A stretch of DNA of 63,476 nt, counting the filler, from Perkinsus olseni (Eukaryota), in NCBI GenBank assembly GCA_013115125.1. It is 51 parts of 51 records of this genome, joined end to end, with 100 filler letters (N's around TTAATTAATTAA, not from the genome) between each part and the next. Parts side by side here need not be neighbours in the genome. Positions count along the whole stretch, not along the records: positions 59,958 to 61,064 come from JABANN010002101.1; positions 61,165 to 62,270 come from JABANN010002102.1; positions 62,371 to 63,476 come from JABANN010002103.1; 48 more parts are not named here. One strand, written 5' to 3'. Of the stretch, positions 60,384-63,476 are shown piece by piece (position 1 is the stretch's first letter; each line of letters starts with the position of its first letter). The notes beneath the pieces were generated by a model that worked only from the letters and a program-made list of their open reading frames with translations, searched no databases and was not told the origin of the DNA. The translations under genes and the position numbers were made by a program.

Positions 60384-61235
60384 GCGAGTCAACGCGCTGA
60401 GGAGAGCAGCGTCAGTTCGACGTGGAGTCCTCGAAGCTGCACTCTAGCAGTCAAGAACTGGAGACTCGAAGATGGAAGGAGACACAGTCCCTCGACCAGA
60501 GCGCCGTTTGGCGGAGCAAACCCTGTCTCCGGCTCCATCTGGGCCACGACGGCCCAGATTAAGCAATTACATATTCGGCAGGCGGGATTCGGGTTGCGTG
60601 TTATGCATGACCAAACTGTACTAGGCTTTTTGCGAAGTCGCTTGATTGTTGGTTGCATAACATTGGTTGTCTCTCGACTGAGCTATCCCGTAGGGGCGTA
60701 GGGGACACGCTGCGCGCTAGTAGGCACTCCTTAATTGCAGCCTCCTTTTCCCCTTTTCCTTGGCCCTCACGTGGAGCCGATCTATGGCTAAATTATTCAA
60801 CGTTCAGATGAGGGACCCGCTCCGATGAACATGTGTCTCCCCGCGACAATCGGAGCTGGCATGTGAGGGTTTGGCGTTGCACACGACCAGTCCCCTGTTG
60901 TGTAGTTGTCCAATTTAGCATAGGCTTCTGGGACAATCTCTTCGACGGCCGAGAGACAGCAACGAAGAAACGGCTCGTGTCAGTGTACGGCTACTTTGTC
61001 CTCGCTGGGCATCCCATCGTCACTTTATCCTACTACCACGGCTGCACGCACAGTCCAGCCGTCTNNNNNNNNNNNNNNNNNNNNNNNNNNNNNNNNNNNN
61101 NNNNNNNNTTAATTAATTAANNNNNNNNNNNNNNNNNNNNNNNNNNNNNNNNNNNNNNNNNNNNCTAGATATCTTTACACAGATATCCAGAGTAGCGCAC
61201 GCCCGATCCTGTCTCTCACGGCCAGCATTCTACAC

Positions 61236-61737
61236 AGTTTAACACTTACGTCAAAACGCGTTATGACACGTAGTACGCGTGCTGGCGTTAGAAAGACGCG
61301 TTTTTCACTACACGTGTGAAAATGTGGCTATTTTAACGCGTTATAACGTTATCCCTGTCGGTCTCATATTCGTAGGCTAGGCGGTCGGCGGGCAAGGGCG
61401 GTCCGTGCCTGTCGTATTCATGTAAACCTTGACTTCCTTTATGGCCAGCAAACCGGTATAGGTCTGTAATAATCATCGTATGCGTAGATAAAGTATTTGA
61501 ACACCCATGCTGTTGAGTTGATGGTCAGGGAGAGTGTCTATCTGTCGACGAGTTTTTGCTGGGAAAAAAATGACAGTCTTGGACATAACACCAGGAGCGT
61601 TATGATCACGCGTTTTACACCGAGTGTGTATGACACATTTCGCAATCCACGCGTTATATGTGGTATTTCAGGCCATAACGCGTTGTGTTATGCGTTATGC
61701 GTTAAACACTAGCGTTTTACATAACGGGGGTGAAACT
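61236..61737. mobile_element. Putative non-autonomous DNA transposon (MITE-like) with subterminal ACGCGT clusters
   Basis: Seven ACGCGT copies (4 left, 3 right, none central) and imperfect inverted ends AGTTT.AC...AAAACGC. Confidence 0.5.
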
Positions 61738-61813
61738 CCACTGTGTCGATCTCGTCCTCCTCGTTTGTCCTGCTGTGTCTGCCAAGTGGCAGTAGTCGAT
61801 TGATACTCTCTAG

Positions 61814-62020
61814 CTATTCTGGCCACTGTGACCGATACTCAAAGGTCGGCTTGGGTGTTCAATGTGTTCATCAGGCGACATGGGAACTCTTGGCTTATGA
61901 TGGGCCCGCCACTATTGACGTAGAGTTCCTCAATGGCGACAAGCGACGGTTTATGGCTGACCATTTCTCTGATGGGGAGATGAATAGTATCGTTGAAAGC
62001 TGGAAGTTTCAAGGTGGGCA
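61814..62020 (+). CDS. Small conserved-looking protein exon(s), possibly mitoribosomal mL53-like
   Basis: WELLAYDGPATIDVEFLNGDKRRF resembles the P.+.V.F.+G motif of mL53-type folds; weak. Confidence 0.3.
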
Positions 62021-62370
62021 CCGTGACGATTGTCCTTCGAGAATCATGACTGCAGTGAGACTAATACAATGACTACTGCGTTCTTTCTCGTCGCTTTCGT
62101 GGGTTCAACGGTCCCTTCAAACTTGCATCTTCTCATTGCCACATCGACAGTGTTGTACTTGCTGACAAGCAAAGATGCAGAACCAGGCTCAGATCAACCT
62201 GTGCTGCATTGATTAGGATTGTTAGTCATTTTTGTCAGCTAATCTCGAATACAGTCAAAACCATACTTTGNNNNNNNNNNNNNNNNNNNNNNNNNNNNNN
62301 NNNNNNNNNNNNNNTTAATTAATTAANNNNNNNNNNNNNNNNNNNNNNNNNNNNNNNNNNNNNNNNNNNN

Positions 62371-63443
62371 CCCACGAGGACTGCGTACATTTCTAGCACG
62401 TTAATATCGTCACGACCACCTAAGACGCCCTGTATTTGCTCCTCGTTGACAGTCGAAGAAAAGTAGACCGGCTTATGGAAATCCTGAGCGTCAAGGACTG
62501 CGCCGATGCCCCCGCCTGAGCAGGCGTCAGTGTACATCACCGCATTCGGCCCTACGCTATCGGACGATAAGACTAGGGGGACTTTCCTTGCATTATCGAT
62601 GCTTGAGATCGACTTAGAGAGATTAGAGAGCGCGTTCTTGGCCTCTCGCCATAACCTGTCGTGGGCTCGCCACGACCAATGCCCTACGAAGTTATGAAGT
62701 GCCCGGAGGAAGGGCCTCGATGCCGTAGAGTCCAAGGCACCGCTGGCGAAAGTCAGCTTTCCAATGAGCTTGTGGGCCTGCGATGTTGGGAGAGAATCCT
62801 TATCAAGAACTTCCTCGATGGAAGAGATGATTCGCTCGCTCTTGTCCTTGGGGACCGATAGTTCCAGATAGTCGCCGATCACGGCGATGTCCAGGCCTAG
62901 GACGGGAATCTTCCGAGTGGGAGCCAAACCCTTACCGTCGTTGAGGCGCCATCCCAACACCTTGTGCAACCAAATCCATGCCCTGTAGGCTGAGTCCGCA
63001 GTGTCAGAGCGTTCCACGCCGAAATAATCGTCAAGATAATTTATGACGGGAATGGCTAGAACAACCCTTCCGATATGCGCCAAGGCTTGGCTCACTCTGC
63101 AATAATTGATTACCGAACTGGAGGCGCCGAAGGGCTGGGCCAGATGATAAAATCCGAAGACCGAGCCGGTGTCTGGATCCTTGAGGAGGATGACCGTGTA
63201 TTTCCTTGAATCGACAGAGCAGGGCACCTGGCGGTACGCGGCGGCGTGATCCGACTTCCACCATTTAATATCCTTCGTGGACAAAGTAGAGCAATAGAGA
63301 CGAGCGATAGCCAAGGCTGCCTCCGGAGATGGGAGTGACACTTTGTTGTGAAAAGCCATTGTACGGTTCACATTTGACCTGCGAAAATCATCACAGGGTC
63401 TTATCTTGGTGGTAAGGCGCCGGGTTTGCCAAAAACCATAAAC
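62371..63443 (-). mobile_element. DIRS-like retrotransposon RT core + RNase H start
   Basis: KIRPCDDFRRS.VN; DHAAAYRQVP; PFGASSSVINY; YLDD; GKLTFAS; YTDAC; INVLEM. Confidence 0.92.
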
Positions 63444-63476
63444 TGTCGCGCAAGCGACACATCAGCGAGCCTGGGC

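Larger units (their letters stand above)
1191..62370. other. 50 artificial 100-nt contig linkers (N44 TTAATTAATTAA N44); first 1191-1290, last 62271-62370
   Basis: Identical linker recurs every ~1.2-1.3 kb; intervening segments decrease steadily in length (1190 to 1106 bp); TTAATTAATTAA gives stops in all six frames. Confidence 0.99.

Noticed and set aside
1191..62370. Regularly spaced TTAATTAATTAA repeat with ~1.1-kb unique 'spacers' (array- or cassette-like)
   Set aside because: Embedded in N runs with size-sorted segments: an assembly concatenation linker, not CRISPR, integron or nanochromosome structure.

Overview
This is not a contiguous locus. It is an artificial concatenation of 51 short contigs, sorted by length from about 1190 down to 1106 bp. 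They are joined by 50 identical 100-nt linkers (N44-TTAATTAATTAA-N44, stops in all six frames), so adjacency across linkers has no biological meaning. The DNA is eukaryotic: genes carry many ~30-70 nt GT-AG introns. Gene families and style (GCC2/GCC3 Cys-rich protein, transhydrogenase ending in the alpha membrane segment, tandem fumarate reductase, lineage-specific secreted proteins, CAA/CAG microsatellites) suggest an alveolate, most likely Perkinsus; this is inference, not a search result. About a third of the contigs are retroelement fragments: BEL/Pao-like and divergent LTR elements (gag, protease, RT, RNase H, integrase), DIRS-like tyrosine-recombinase elements and one LINE. Host gene fragments include ABCB, MFS and POT transporters, an S10 carboxypeptidase, mannose-6-phosphate isomerase, a GH19 chitinase, fumarate reductase, NNT and an exostosin pseudogene. 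The best leads are: BEL/Pao-like elements in a non-metazoan; a clean -1 frameshift signal (G_GGA_AAC plus stem-loop) joining gag to protease; a CCCH finger in place of the usual CCHC gag knuckle; a ~70-105 bp structured dispersed repeat in three contigs; a hairpin+CTAG element end shared by two contigs; recurrent TGTCRCG-hairpin insertion termini; and a perfect 61-bp palindrome. No complete novel multi-gene system can be demonstrated from ~1.1 kb fragments.
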